Made by a program: the position numbers and the translations under genes
Notes under the pieces: generated by a model
Seen by the model: the letters and a program-made list of their open reading frames with translations, nothing else
Database searches by the model: none
Told to the model about the DNA's origin: nothing
Assembly: GCA_002269645.1 (NCBI GenBank)
Contig: NIVC01000166.1
Coordinates: 310,001 to 374,000 of the forward strand
Reading direction: 5' to 3'
Source of the DNA: Macrostomum lignano
Taxonomy: Eukaryota
DNA: 64,000 nucleotides
Part shown: piece by piece, positions 11,901 through 25,200 of the stretch
How positions within the stretch are numbered: position 1 is the stretch's first letter
Layout: every line of letters begins with the position of its first letter

Positions 11901-14150
11901 TCGCCGGTTGTGTGACAATGTCGCTTTAAGTGCGCCAGGGTGCCCCCTGCTTCCTTGGCATGTGCATTCCCCTCAGCAATTTAGATTAATTTTTGTGAGG
12001 ATAGTTTAGTTGACTCGCTATTATGTAGTGTAATATTAAAAGTTTGCTGCTGATTGCAACTGCAAAACCCTCAGGTGTGGTGCCCAGAGCTGCTGCTGAA
12101 GAAGACGCTGTGCCATATTCACTATCTGCCCGACTCTTGGCAGTGGCGCGGTCGTGAGCACAAAACGGTGACTCGGAATAACTTTGCCGTGCTGTTTCAG
12201 TACAAGGTCACCTTCCTGCTGGAGGAGATGCTGAGTCCAATTGTAACACCTCTGATGCTGCTGTTCGTGTTTCCCGACAGGTCAGCTGTGACCAGGCTGT
12301 GATGGGCCTGAGCTTTTTGGCTACCCTTGATATCGAGTAGCCTTGAACCTTCAGTATCCCTGAACCCTCAGTATCCATGAACCTTCACTATCCCTGAACC
12401 TTCAGTATCCCTGAACCCTCAGTATCCCTGAACCTTCAGTATCCCTGAACCTTCACTATCCCTGAACCTTCACTATCCCTAAACCTTCACTATCCCTGAA
12501 CCTTCACTATCCCTGAACCTTCAGTATCCCTGAACCCTCAGTATCCCTGAACCTTCAGTATCCCTGAACCTTCAGTATCCCTGAACCTTCACTATCCCTG
12601 AACCTTCACTATCCCTGAACCTTCAGTATCCCTGAACCTTCAGTATCCCTGAACTTTCAGTATCCCTGAACCTTCAGTATCCCTGAACCTTCAGTATCCC
12701 TGAACATTCAGTATCCCTGAACCTTCTATATCCCTGAACCTTCAGTGTCCTTGTACATTTAGGTAGCCTTAAGTCTTCAGTATCCCTAAACCTTCAGTAT
12801 CCCTGAACCTTCAATATCCCTGAACCTTCAGTATCCCTGAACCTTCTATATCCCTAAACCTTCAGTGTCCTTGTACATTTAGGTAGCCTTAAGTCTTCAG
12901 TATCCCTGAACCTTCAGTATCCCTGAACCTTCAATATCCCTGAACCTTCAGTATCCCTGAACCTTCAGTATCCCTGAACCTTCTATATCCCTGAACCTTC
13001 AGTATCCCTGAACCTTCAGTATCCCTGAACCTTCAGTATCCCTGAACCTTCAGTATCCCTGAACCTTCAGTATCCCTGAACCTTCAGTATCCCTGAACCT
13101 TCAGTATCCCTGAACCTTCTATATCCCTGAACCTTCAGTGTCCTTGTACATTTAGGTAGCCTTAAGTCTTCAGTAGCCCTGAACCCTTCCAATAACCTAA
13201 GCCTCATGTTGACCTCATGACCTGCATTCACCTGAGCGCCGCCGCTGCCACTTGAAATTCGCAGATGCGGCCAGCTCATTGATTTCTTCCGCAACTTCAC
13301 TATCGACATCCAAGGCGTCGGCGATGTCTGCTCGTTCGCCCAGCTGGACGTCCGCGCCCACGGCAACCCGGAATGGTCAGCTGACGCAGACGCCCCAATG
13401 CCGACAATGAGCGGCTCCGCAGCCGCTGCCACTTCGACATCGTCGGTTCCGCATGACGACCAGCCTGCCGAGCTGGCCCCCAAAGCTGCTGACGGCAAGA
13501 CTGAACTGTCTCTGCTGCACTTTCACCTCACCAACCCCGGCTGGCAGCCGCACAATCGCCAGTCCGGACTCTACCTGGACAGCCTGCGGCGACAGGCAAT
13601 GCAGGCCAGCTGCAGTGTGCAGCAGTTGCAGTCTCAGCAGCAGCAACAGCAGCAGAATCTTCTTCTAGCAGCTTCATTCCCAAAGCCGGAGGATTCCACC
13701 ACTGGCGCTCTGCTGATGCTGCAGTCGCAGCAGATCTTCGCCGCGCCGCCAAACAGTCTGGAAGCTGCCGCCTCGGCTGGCGCAGCGCAGCCAATGTCTC
13801 TGCAGCCTCAGCAGCAGCGGCTTGTTGGCGGAGTTTGCCGTCTGGACCATCATCAGGGCCAGTCCGCCCAGAGTCTGCAACATCAGCAGCAGCAGCAGCA
13901 ATCAATGGTTGGCATGACAGCATCAGCTGCTCTGTTAGATCCGTATTCTGTAGCTGCTAACTCCGGCCAGCAGTCTCTGGCCGCCCAGATGTCCGTGTCC
14001 ACTCTGTACCTTCACGAGCTGCATCACCACCGACTGTTGAGCCGGGCCCCCGGGGCCGCCCTGATTCTGGCGCCCATGGCCGAGGACGAGCCGGACAGAG
14101 AAGGCGGCGGAGGAGGCGGGCAATACGGCGGATCGGCTAGCACGGCTTGA
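8981..14150 (+). CDS. ATG9: Autophagy-related protein 9 (lipid scramblase); exons 8981-9502, 10487-11284, 12075-12280, 13265-14150; ~803 aa
   Basis: Recognisable ATG9 motifs: HIQNLDDFFTRVYRYHQRGGF, LTELDIYNRILRFENY, LRHFNELDHEL, DFFRNFTIDIQGVGDVCSFAQLDV, KTELSLLHFHLTNPGWQP. All three introns are GT-AG with consistent phases (0,0,2); total 2412 nt. AATAAA at 14258. Confidence 0.96.
9567..10376. repeat. 43-bp minisatellite in ATG9 intron 1 (~19 copies)
   Basis: Unit GGTAGCAGCAGTYCTAATTAGAGGATCYCATTAAGAGATTACA. Confidence 0.95.
11322..11990 (+). mobile_element. SINE family C copy (5'-truncated) in ATG9 intron 2, interrupted by a family B SINE
   Basis: 11330-11415 and 11775-11950 match the reverse complement of 16871-17229; the join point CCTAAC|GATAA is split by the insert. 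Confidence 0.75.
11463..11770 (+). mobile_element. tRNA-derived SINE, family B
   Basis: A-box-like TAGCCTAGCAG, B box GAGTTCGATTC, central TTGAGCAAGACGCTTAACTC...CACCCAGCTGTAAAA block, AT-rich tail; five homologous copies in window. Confidence 0.85.
12343..13186. repeat. 17-bp minisatellite in ATG9 intron 3
   Basis: Unit CCTTCAGTATCCCTGAA. Confidence 0.95.
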
Positions 14151-14283
14151 GCACGGTTGCTATTAGCTACTGCGGAAGCTTGAATAATGCTAGCTGCTAC
14201 TTTGCTTTTGGTCTACTCATATAGTAGCTATTAGTGCCATTTTCGGCTGAGTTGGGAAATAAAAAAACTTATCACTGTTAGTG

Positions 14284-14740
14284 ATGCTTCTGTATGTCTA
14301 ATCAAGATGATTCTGTATGTCTAATCATGATGCTTCTGTATGTCTAATCATGATGCTTCTGTATGTCTAATCATGATGCTTCTGTATGTCTAATCATGCT
14401 ACTTCTGTATGTCTAATCATGATGCTTCTGTATGTCTAATCATGATGCTTCTGTATGTCTAATCATGCTACTTCTGTATGTCTAATCATGCTACTTATGT
14501 ATGTCTAATCATGATGCTTCTGTATGTCTAATCATGATGCTTCTGTATGTCTAATCATGATGCTTCTGTATGTCTAATCATGCTACTTCTTTGTGTCTAA
14601 TCATGATGATTCTGTATGTCTAATCATGATGCTTCTGTATGTCTAATCATGATGCTTCTGTATGTCTAATCATGATGATTCTGTATGTCTAATCATGCTA
14701 CTTATGTATGTCTAATCATGCTACTTCTTTATGTCTAATC
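14284..14740. repeat. 23-bp minisatellite downstream of ATG9 stop
   Basis: Unit TGCTTCTGTATGTCTAATCATGA. Confidence 0.95.
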
Positions 14741-15348
14741 ATTTTTTAGTAACCCCAGGTGAACTTTCAATATCCCAAACAGGCACCTGTGTTCAGTAAC
14801 CTGCAAGGGATCCCTTACCTGTAGATAAAAGTGTAAAGTTAGCCAATAGATGACTATGTTGATTGAGTGGTTGAGAATATCCTTTCTACAGACTTGAGAA
14901 TTTATCCATATTAAGCTACCTCTTCCCAATGATCAAATAATTCAGTCTTCAGCCAGTCTGATATATGGGTGTCTCTTTAAGTCCAAGAGTTTAAGCATGG
15001 CTTGAACCAATCAATCATTGTATTGATTAATAAGTAGGTGAGCCACTTTCAGTTGTCTCCATAATTAGCGCTTAACGTGGATGATGATTTTGATTGTCAC
15101 GTTTATACTTGTAAAATAGTTTTGCGGTGTAAATAATGTTTTAGATTTCCGTAGATTTTTTAGCTTGTTCATTTGTTGCTCTCTTGGATAACCAAAGTTT
15201 TCATTTTATTAAGTTACTTCGGCTTTCCTGTCGCTAAAATAAGTCAGATTAATAATATCATTTCTGCAGTGCTATGCAAATTTATAGAATTATTAACCCA
15301 ACATTGATTTTCGGTATTAATTTGTATTTGTAAATATTTGTAGCCGAA

Positions 15349-15606
15349 GGGGCTGATGTCTAGTGGTAAGAGCGTCGGACTTACGACTTGAAGGTCGGGG
15401 GTTCGATTCCCGATCCCACTATAGTAATTTATGACCAAGACACTTAACTCTGCATTAGCTGGGGAAATTGAGTGTGTGTGGCGTTCCCCCCCCCCCCCAG
15501 TCCTTGGACTGAACAGCCGTACGCAGCCTTCAGATGCGCCGCGCAATAGCTGCGGCTGAGCTGTCGGATGCACATCTGCCCATGGACAGGTGTAATCAAT
15601 TATTAT
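15349..15606 (+). mobile_element. tRNA-derived SINE, family B
   Basis: GGGGCTGATGTCTAGTGGTAAGAGCGTC head, B box GGTTCGATTCC, shared 3' body ending CCATGGACAGGTGTAATCAATTATTATT. Confidence 0.85.
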
Positions 15607-16076
15607 TGCTATTTCATTGTCTTGCTTTATGTGCTCTTTCTAATTCAACAAGTTACTTAGGCTTTCCTGTCACTAAGGGACTCAGATTATCTCGTCTCTG
15701 CAGTGCTTTGAGAATTTCTAGAGTCATTAATTCGTTCACTAATAATGCTAAAAAAACAACCATTACATGAATAGCTGCTATCTTCGATTCAACCCCACAT
15801 TGAATTTCGGTATTAATTGGCATTGCATACTACTACTACAAGAAATATCTTATGCACAAAAATTGTTCGCTTCGATGGACAAAACGAAATGTACTACATT
15901 TTGTATCTCTGCCTGCTGGCCAACTTATACTACTTTTGAGTAGATTATCGGAATATTGTATTTGCAATTTCTGTTACATATTTTCTGAGTTTCAGATGCT
16001 TTGCTTGTTGCGCGCTTCTGCAATATTATTTTATTTTTATGCTCTATAGATAGCATTGTAAAATAATAAATGCGAG

Positions 16077-16538
16077 TTATTTTTCTAACACGTGCGTACC
16101 GTTGTCACAAAAATTTTTCATTTGGCATGTACGCACATGCTGCTTTGAACCGGGACAGTGCTTACTGTGCTTTGATTCCTTCAACTTTCTTTTGCTATAA
16201 AATTGTGATGACCGGAGATTGACATTGTCGCGAATGTTTTTTGGATTTTTGAAGACTCCGACCATGATGAGGCTGAGAATGTCAGCAACTGCATTGAAGC
16301 CCAGGTACAGATTGTTTGAGGTGAGCGGCCTCAGACGGATCAGCATGACGAAGGCGACGATAATGTTGCCGACGAGTCCGGTGACCACAATCGCAGGCAG
16401 CAGGCGCCTACCACGTTGGACACGGCGCAGTAAAGCTTCGGTCGGCATGGCTCACCGCTCATTATCAGGCAGTCCCTGACCATCAGCATGGCGGTTGTCT
16501 CCGAATACAACTCGCCTAACTTTGTCAGTAGCGTTCAT
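16077..16538 (-). pseudogene. Rhodopsin-family GPCR N-terminus/TM1-TM2 fragment
   Basis: MNAT... start at 16538, in-frame TGA at 16454-16452 (or a 48-nt GT-AG intron), then LLPAIVVTGLVGNIIVAFVM (TM1 GN) and NNLYLGFNAVADILSLIM (TM2, LAVAD-like). No TM3-7 visible. Confidence 0.55.
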
Positions 16539-16870
16539 CTTTAAAACAACTGTACCTGTCTTACATAACAACCAATCCCATTAAATCCCATTAAATATAT
16601 TACTGTGCATAAACTTTGAAGCATATTTAATAACCTTAATGAGTAGATTTTTATTGGTCCAAACCTGCGATTGGTTCTTCTTCCAGAATTTACCTGCAGT
16701 AAAGGGAATTTCCAAGTTTTCTGGAGCCTGTTGTCTGGTTTGCGTCCCGTGACATCACCATGTACGGTAAATAATGGAACAGTTGTATTGCCAGCCTGAC
16801 TTGCTAGGGGGTTAAACCTAAGGCGTAGCGCTTGCAGTCGGGTGATGGGGCCGTTCCTGGGTCACGTGAC

Positions 16871-17229
16871 TTTTTTTTATTAGAGGCAGGGGGGTTGTGT
16901 GCACCCTGGCGCACTTTAAGCGACATAGGCACACAACCGGCGAGAGGCATTACTGCCCATTCCGCCGACTCCCCTGAGCAGGCATACAAGCGCGCGGATA
17001 CGTACGCAGGCACACACTCACACAGGAGTGTACAGCGGCCCTAACTTTATTTTATCGTTAGGCATGTACACTTCACTGCGCCTTGGGGGGTTGGCTCTCA
17101 AGGCCGTTAATTGCACAAGCAGAGCCAAGCCGAGATTCCAATTCAGCCCCAAATTAATGTGACTGCACTTGGAATCGAGCCTGGGTCGCTGGCACACCAG
17201 AGCCTGCGCTACCGCTGGGCTACGGCCCC
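16871..17229 (-). mobile_element. tRNA-derived SINE, family C (apparently full length)
   Basis: Minus strand begins GGGGCCGTAGCCCAGCGG (A box), GGCTCGATTCC (B box-like), ends AATAAAAAAAA; homologous to the ATG9 intron 2 copy. Confidence 0.75.
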
Positions 17230-17263
17230 CCTAGGTCACATGACTGCACCCTTTTATTAGATC

Positions 17264-17951
17264 TGTGACGAATACTAGTGAGGCGGCCTCGAGAATAAGC
17301 GAAGGCAAACGAATGCGGCAGAGGCAAATTTGTAGCGGTAGCACTTGGCCGTTAATATCAGTTAAAGTTAATGCTAAAGCAATCAATCGCTGCAGACTTG
17401 GTTTATTGTCAACAGAAATACAAGTTGGATTCGTAATAATGCACTGGCGGCTACACAACAACCAAGTTAGATAGCTTAGGTAGTAGAAGTGGCGTGGCTG
17501 AGAGTGGCAAAGGCGTGGCTAAAGCCGTGGCGGAGAGAGAAGACAAGTAAACAAGTAAAGGCGGCAAGAGCCTACAGGCGGGGACGCAAAGCCAGGTGGG
17601 ACGAGGTTGGCGGCGGAGCAAAGGAGCGGAGCGGAGTCAAAACAGGGTCTGAACGGGTCTAAACCCCGAGCGCACGGCCAGACAGAACTGATAAGGAGCG
17701 GGCTGGGGGTGTGGCGCGCGAGAGTAATTAATATAATTAATGCGCGGCTTTTCTATTGGCCGGCTGAGAAAAACAGGAATTGAAATTATCGATCGCGCGC
17801 TGTACGCAGGGTTTACAATTGTACGCAGCTGATTAAAATTCTTTGGGCACTACTTTAAGCAGACGTGAGAATACGAAACCAGTAATATTAAAGATTGGTA
17901 CCGTATGTCAAAACGGCCCTTGGCGGGGCTACGTAAACTGACAACGTCACA
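17264..17951 (-). mobile_element. Solo LTR (Gypsy-like), 688 bp
   Basis: Termini TGTGACG...CGTCACA (perfect inverted), 4-bp TSD GATC at 17260-17263 and 17952-17955; AATAAA on the minus strand; patchy similarity to 29918-30721. Confidence 0.85.
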
Positions 17952-18510
17952 GATCTATTTATTGCTAAGCCTGCGGCTACTGTTTCACCAAGTGGCCGGG
18001 CCAAAAGGCAAGCGACTCTATTATCAAGTCTCTATATTTTAATTTGCTAATTTTATTCTTAATTGACTGTACTCGATACGAATTGATATACCAAACGGAG
18101 GCTTGCTTACACTGTACCTCTCATTTAGTTTCAGGAGGAACGAACTTTTTGTGGCGGTGATTGGGAGGCCGGGGCCCCCGCCTTCGGTTAACTCTCGAAG
18201 CCGCTGTACCCGGGCACAACGCAAACTTCGGGTTGCTTTCAACGGAAGCTTCAGAAATATGTACATCACTCGTGACTTTATACGCTTCTTAGATGTATTT
18301 CCCAAAAAACACTGATTAAGTGTGTCAATCCATTAAATTTAAACCAACACAAAAACATTTACAAGACAAATTTATTAGTGCAAACACTAGAAGTACTTGT
18401 ATTGGTCTGGCTTTCTCTGAACTACATTATACCTAGCTAGAGTACGTGGAACGGCACCATTGCTTGTGGTGTTGAAAATGCTTTGCATGTACATAAAGGC
18501 GGTACGTAGC

Positions 18511-18768
18511 TAATAATAATAATAAATTAATTGATTACACCTGTCCATGGGCAGATGTGCAGCTGACAGTTCAGCCGCAGCTATTGCGCGGCGCATCTGA
18601 AGGCTGCGTACGGCTGTTCAGTCCAAGGACTGGGGGGTCGCCACACACACCCTCAATTACCCCAGCTAATGCTGGCACCCTGCATTTTACAGCTGGGACA
18701 CAAATTTTTCCAGTTGGATCAGGAAATCGAACCCCCACCGACGCTCTAACCACTAGGCTACAGCCCCC
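18511..18768 (-). mobile_element. tRNA-derived SINE, family B
   Basis: Reverse complement: GGGGGCTGTAGCCTAGTGGTTAGAGCGTC...GGTTCGATTTCC head and (ATT)n tail. Confidence 0.85.
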
Positions 18769-19209
18769 TAGAATCTGTAGCCAGCAAATGCTGTTTACAA
18801 GTAGCATAAGCAGCTACACACAATCCGAACAGTCGAAGGTCATTTCAAAGCCTCTATTATCATGTGACTTTCATACAAGTAGCTCACTCTAAGCGCATAG
18901 CGCAATTAGTAACGACAGGTTTTGCAGCACCTCGGCCGCTGGTACGTTCATGCGTGCAAAGCTTAAACACACCCCTGTCAGCGATAATGGTTGCCATGGC
19001 AACTATACATGCATATGAGCTACCAAATTTGAAGTCGGAAAGATAAAGAGGGTAACAGAAACCCGGCCTGATTAAGTCGCGATTAATGACACTCGAGTAT
19101 ATCAGCTTTCTGTTTCGCTTCAAGCGGCTGAAATTCGATTTTAAAACTAGAATTTAATTGCAGTAGCAATTATTAAAAATTTTCGACTGACTGGCCATAA
19201 ATACGAGCC

Positions 19210-22200
19210 ATGAAACCTCGATTGAATGTCGTTTTGGTTGCTTCCGCTGGTCTGCTGCTTGCGGCAGCCAGCATCTGCGTGCAGCGGGCTGGCGCCGTGA
19301 AAACGAACTGCTTCCCAGAGCTCAAGCAGAATGAGGATCCTGGAAGAGAGCGCTGCGAACAACGAAAGTAAGACAATGACTGTGCAATAGGATTTTCAAC
19401 TTTGATATTTGACCTTGTGATCCCAACTGATTGTGGAGCAGTAAACCCGGGTTCAGTCACATAATTTTGGGATCTGTGGTTGGCGTACATTCTTTACGAC
19501 GTTTAAGTCGGGGATGCTATACTCAGTGGCGGATCCAGAGTTTCATTTTGGGGGGGGTGGTCCAAGTTTGGGGCGCCAACACGAGTGTAAGGGGCGCCAA
19601 TTTTTAAGCTAGGGGGCGCAAAAAATGCACGTAGGGGGCGAAAAATCAAGCTTAGGGGCGCAAATTTTGGTTTTTTGGGGGGCGCAATATGTTCGGTTAA
19701 GCTATTTTGGGGGGGGAGGGCGGCCGCCCCCCCGCCCCCCCCTAAATCCGCCCCTGGCTATACTGTACACCCTACATACAGCCTAAGCATTTAGCATTTC
19801 TTGAAGAATCCATGAGTATGCCATAGCTGGAGCTGACTCATCTTTTTGACGCATTTTGACTCGGCAGATGCGAATACGAAGGTCAACAGAGTGATAACTC
19901 ACCCTCCTGCCTCTGGACAAGAAGCGGCTACATAGTCTCGAGTGTCGCTGAGAACACCAACACCCAATATTCGGCAGTTGTTACACGTCAACAAGACTAC
20001 AATGGACCGTTCCCAGGAAGCCGAGATCTTGACGAGCTGCGATTCTCAGTCAAGGCAATTTCGGACAACGGCTTGAGAATCACGGTTGAGTGTCTTCAAT
20101 TGTTTCGTTTTTTTCACAAAAATCCTTGTAGAAAGTATATTTTTTTGTAACTTACCATGCCGTAGAAACTAATTTCTGCGCACATCCTACCGTTATAGAT
20201 CTAAGAGAATTTAGCCTTTAGCTTTCCTTTACCCTTGGAGTGAATTTTCTTTGACGATAGCTGGTAGGCTAGACTTAGTATACATTTTACAATAAGTAAG
20301 TGGTTTATCGTGCAAAGTTCCTATAGATTTCTTCTCGCTAGAATTACTACTCTGAATAATTAAATAAAAGGACTTTTTGGATGAAAAAAAGACTCATGAA
20401 AATCCAATTTAAACTTGCGATAGGCCAAGTCTGGTTACTTTGTCAGCTGGTCTTTACCTCTGAGTCACTTTTCTCCTCTTCTACTCTTCTCTTCAGTAGG
20501 AAATCTCTTGAAACTCTGTGGAGTTGAACCGAACGATATAAAATTTTCCAGCCCAGCAGGTATCAGACCTACATCTAGATGCTTTATTAGTCAACTTTGA
20601 TGCTTAACCGAATGCTGAGAAAGATTCTCCAATGCCTGTCAATACAGATATCTGACTTGGGCGGAGTTCGCTACCAAGTGCCAAAGGAAGCGCTCAACAT
20701 CCCGGAACCGGGACCAACAAACCCTGATGCCACAGTCTACAGGTGGGAGGCCAACACCTCATCAAGTTTGCTGGACGTTTACCAAAAGACTCACCCAGAC
20801 CAAGCCATAATGAGCCTTCTCAAAACTGGTTTTGTCTTTTCCGACCAGTTCATCCAGCTGTCGCTTGGACTCGACTGTCAAAATATCGTCGGCTTCGGCG
20901 AGCACAATCACGAACGTCTGGTTCACGACAGGCGGTACAAGCGGTGGAGCATCTTTACTAGGGACGCGTCACCTACTGTAAGTAACAGTTTCTTCAGGTC
21001 GCGATCTTATTCTATTATTCTATTAGCAATCGTTCAAATCTACAGGGTCCGGGGAATATCTACGGCGCCCATCCTTATTTCGTCTGCACCGATGCTGGAA
21101 AGCACATGAGTGTACTTTTGAAGAATAGCAATGCGATAGGTACGGTCAGATGGTTAAATTATTGAACATGTATTTATAATAATTATACGCCATCAAGAGC
21201 CGAAAGATTACTGAGAAACCCGAACATATTCATCAACACTAACTAATTTTCATAGCATATGAATATCCTTAATAACATTCTATTGATTCAAGTGACACAG
21301 AAACACCTTCGTCTCAAATGACACCATAAGCCACATAGTTACAACGACATTTGAACATGCAATGGTTACCAGGACACCTAAACATGCATCTGCATCAACA
21401 ACTCAATGGTTACCAAGACACCTGAACATCTCTATCAACAACTCAATGGTTACCAAGACACCTAAACATCTCTATCAACAACTAAATGGTTACCAAGACA
21501 CCTGAACATCTCTATCAACAACTCAATGGTTACCAAGACACCTAAACATCTCTATCAACAACTAAATGGTTACCAAGACACCTGAACGTCTATCAACAAC
21601 TCAATGGTTTCCAGCAGGACACGGCCTAAACATCTCTATCAACTCAATGGTTACCAAGATACATGAACACGTACTTTTTGCAAATGAGCCCCATTAGTCC
21701 TCCATGACATACGAAAGTCTCCCTAAATGTTGCGCCACTTTGCTTCATTTTGTCTGTCGCAGAGGTCGAACTTACACCTGACGGCATTGTGTATCGCGTT
21801 CTGGGCGGTATTCTCGACTTCTATGTATTTATGGCCAGCTCTCCAGAGTCCCTGGCTCAGACTTACTCAGCCGCCATTGGTCACCCCCTCATGCCGCCGT
21901 ACTGGAGTCTGGGTTTCCAGCTATGCCGCTGGGGTTACAGAAACATCACGGAGGTACAAAATGTCATCGCTAGGAATCGAGCAATCGGACTGCCATATGT
22001 GAGCTCATTCTGCAAGTGTCTTTGCTCACTCTACTATTCAATACCTCAAGTTGCATATAAAGCCAATATGGTTTTGGTTTTCAATTTTCAGGATGCCCAA
22101 TACGGCGACATTGACTACATGCAGAACACTATGGACTTTACAATCGACGCTACTAATTATCCTGGACTAAGTAGCATGGTTGACGACTTGCACTCTCATG

Positions 22201-25200
22201 GACAAAAGTACTTTGTGATATTGGTAAGATTTACGCCACATCGACGAAGTGTGATATCATGAATTGAAATATTCGTTTAAATTATGAGGTCTTTTAAAAA
22301 TTAATATTGACACTAGATATTGAATGGTATGTAAGCTCGTACATTGATAGTGAGGCTGGCTGGACATCTGTACATTGTAGAGATCTGTACATTGGTAGTG
22401 AGGCTGGCTGGACATCTGTACATTGTAGAGATCTGTACATTGGTAGTGAGGCTGGCTGGACATCTGTACATTGTAGAGATCTGTACATTGGTAGTGAGGC
22501 TGGCTGGACATCTGTACATTGTAGAGATCTGTACATTGGTAGTGAGGCTGGCTGGACATCTGTACAATTGTAGAGATCTGTACATTGGTAGTGAGGCTGG
22601 CTGGACATCTGTACATTGTAGAGATCTGTACATTGGTAGTGAGGCTGGCTGGACATCTGTACATTGTAGAGATCTGTACATTGGTAGTGGGGCTGGCTGG
22701 ACATCTGTACATTGTAGAGATCTGTACATTGGTAGTGAGGCCGGCTGTTCATCTGTACATTGTCCTTAAGCTCGTGCTTGAAACTGGGAAAGATCGTTTG
22801 TACTCGTACCTTAGAAAAGAGGCTAAATAGTGACATTCGATTGATGAAAGGTCTGCGTGAGTTACATTTGTTATGCATTTGCTGACGTATTTTAACACAA
22901 ATTTAAACTATTTGAGGACCCGGCCATCAGCAGTGACGAAGAGATGCACAAGCAAGTGTTACCCAGCCAGCGCTACGAACCCTATCACGACGGACTCGCA
23001 CGTGGCGTTTACGTGAAGAATTTAGACGACACTGTTCACGAGGGCGAGGTGTGGCCCGGCAGGACGGTGTTCCCGGACTACACGCTGAGCGCCACACAGG
23101 CCTGGTGGGAGCGGTGGGTGTCGGACTTCTATTATAACCAGAGCATTCGCGTTGATGGACTGTGGATTGTGAGAGTTCATTGCGTTTTTGTTTTACTGAG
23201 CAAATGCATGGTGGCCTTTATGATCAGATTTACCGGTGTATTGGTGCTACCCTTTCATACATACCGCCTTACTATGCCCCCAAAACACTTTTCTAGTACA
23301 CAAATTCAAATTCGACCCTTTCTTGACTCGCAAAAAAATGATGTAATTTGTCAAATCCATCTTTGATCTGCACGGCAGTGTCTCGGTAAATTCCATATCG
23401 CCTGAAATTCAGACTATTTTTCTTGCACACCTATACCCTTCCTGACACCTCTCATGTACCTGTACTAGTACAATCCATCTCTCAGCTGATGAATATAAAA
23501 ATTTGCCTAAAAGGAACTATACAGCTTTCAATCTTGGTACTTATCTATGTGTATAATTAGGTGATACGATCTAGTAGAGCTTATGCCCTAGTGGTTAGAG
23601 CGTCGGCCTTACGACTGAAAGGTCGGGGGTTCGATTCTTGACCCACTCGGAACAATTTGTGTCCTTGAGCAAGACAATTAATTCTCAAGGTTCAAGTCAG
23701 GCTGTAAATCGGTGCCAGCATTAGCTGAGGTAATTGATGGTGTGTGTGGCGTCACCCCATTGCCTGGACTGTACAGCCGTACGCATTGGTATCAATTCTT
23801 AAATATTCAAAACAATTCTGTTTCTTCATCAAACATGCAGACCAGGAGATGATAGTTAGTAGTTGAATTTTCGTTTAATTCTTCTTAAGCTGTCCTTGTT
23901 CACCTGCAGGACATGAACGAACCGGCCAGCTTCACGTACGAGCCGCACAAACCGCAGAATTTTTGCCCGAACAACACGTGGAATTATCCGCCGTACATCC
24001 CTACCAGTACGAACTGCGCCTGGCGGATTAAGCATTTTATTTTCTAGCAAACAATTTTACTTTTTGTCTTAATATTGACGATAATTTTTTCAGGCTTCAT
24101 TGGCGATCGATTCTACGAGAAGACAATCTGCATGGAGACTAAGCACAATTGGGGCAGGCACTACGATGTGCACAGCTTATATGGCCACTCCATGGGGATG
24201 CAGAGCTATCAGTGAGTTCATTAATTATGCCAACTTGGTCAGAATTGTAGTTTGCAAAGGAAATTGTCAGTTGAGTCTCAAAAAGGAGAGTGTCACTTGC
24301 GTCACCGATAGGAAAGTGACGTCCACAGCTTGGGTACCCAGCACCGAAGTGCCAGTTGGGTCCTCAGTAGGATAGTGTCAGTTGGGTCCTCAGTAGGAAA
24401 GTGTCAGTTGGGTCCTCAGTAGGATAGTGTCAGTTGGGTCCTCAGTAGGATAGTGTCAGTTGGGTCCTCAGTAGGATAGTGTCAGTTGGGTCCTCAGTAG
24501 GATAGTGTCAGTTGGGTCCTCAGTAGGATAGTGTCAGTTGAGTCCTCAGTAGGATAGTGTCAGTTGGGTCCTCAGTAGGATAGTGTCAGTTGGGTCCTCA
24601 GTAGGATAGTGTCAGTTGAGTCCTCAGTAGGATAGTGTCAGTTGAGTCCTCAGTAGGATAGTGTCAGTTGAGTCCTCAGTAGGATAGTGTCAGTTGAGTC
24701 CTCAGTAGGATAGTGTCAGTTGTTGGGTCCTCAGTAGGATAGTGTCAGTTGGGTCCTCAGTAGGATAGTGTCAGTTGGGTCCTCAGTATAGGATAGTGTC
24801 AGTTGGGTCCTCAGTATAGGATAGTGTCAGTTGGGTCCTCAGTATAGGATAGTGTCAGTTGGGTCCTCAGTATAGGATAGTGTCAGTTGGGTCCTCAGTA
24901 TAGGATAGTGTCAGTTGGATCCTCAGTATAGGATAGTGTCAGTTGGGTCCTCAGTATAGGATAGTGTCAGTTGGATCCTCAGTATAGGATCGTGTCAGTT
25001 AGATCCTCAGTAGGATAGTGTCAGTTGGGTCCTCATGAGTTTGGAACGCTACAAATCTCAACTCCTACAGGACACTGCGCAACCTTTTCCCCGAGAAGCG
25101 ACCCATTGTGTTCAGCCGATCCACCTTCGTTGGCTCGGGCCGCTACGCTCAGCACTGGCTGGGGGACAACCACAGCAGGTGGCCCGATCTGCACTGGTCC

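Noticed and set aside
13067-14123. Minus-strand ORFs over ATG9 exon 4 (similar ones occur over CTTNBP2, PDCD10, ARMH3 and the transposase)
   Set aside because: Antisense shadows of GC-rich coding DNA with no recognisable motifs.
18039-18315. GC-rich patch with overlapping short ORFs
   Set aside because: No recognisable homology or splice context; likely TE debris.
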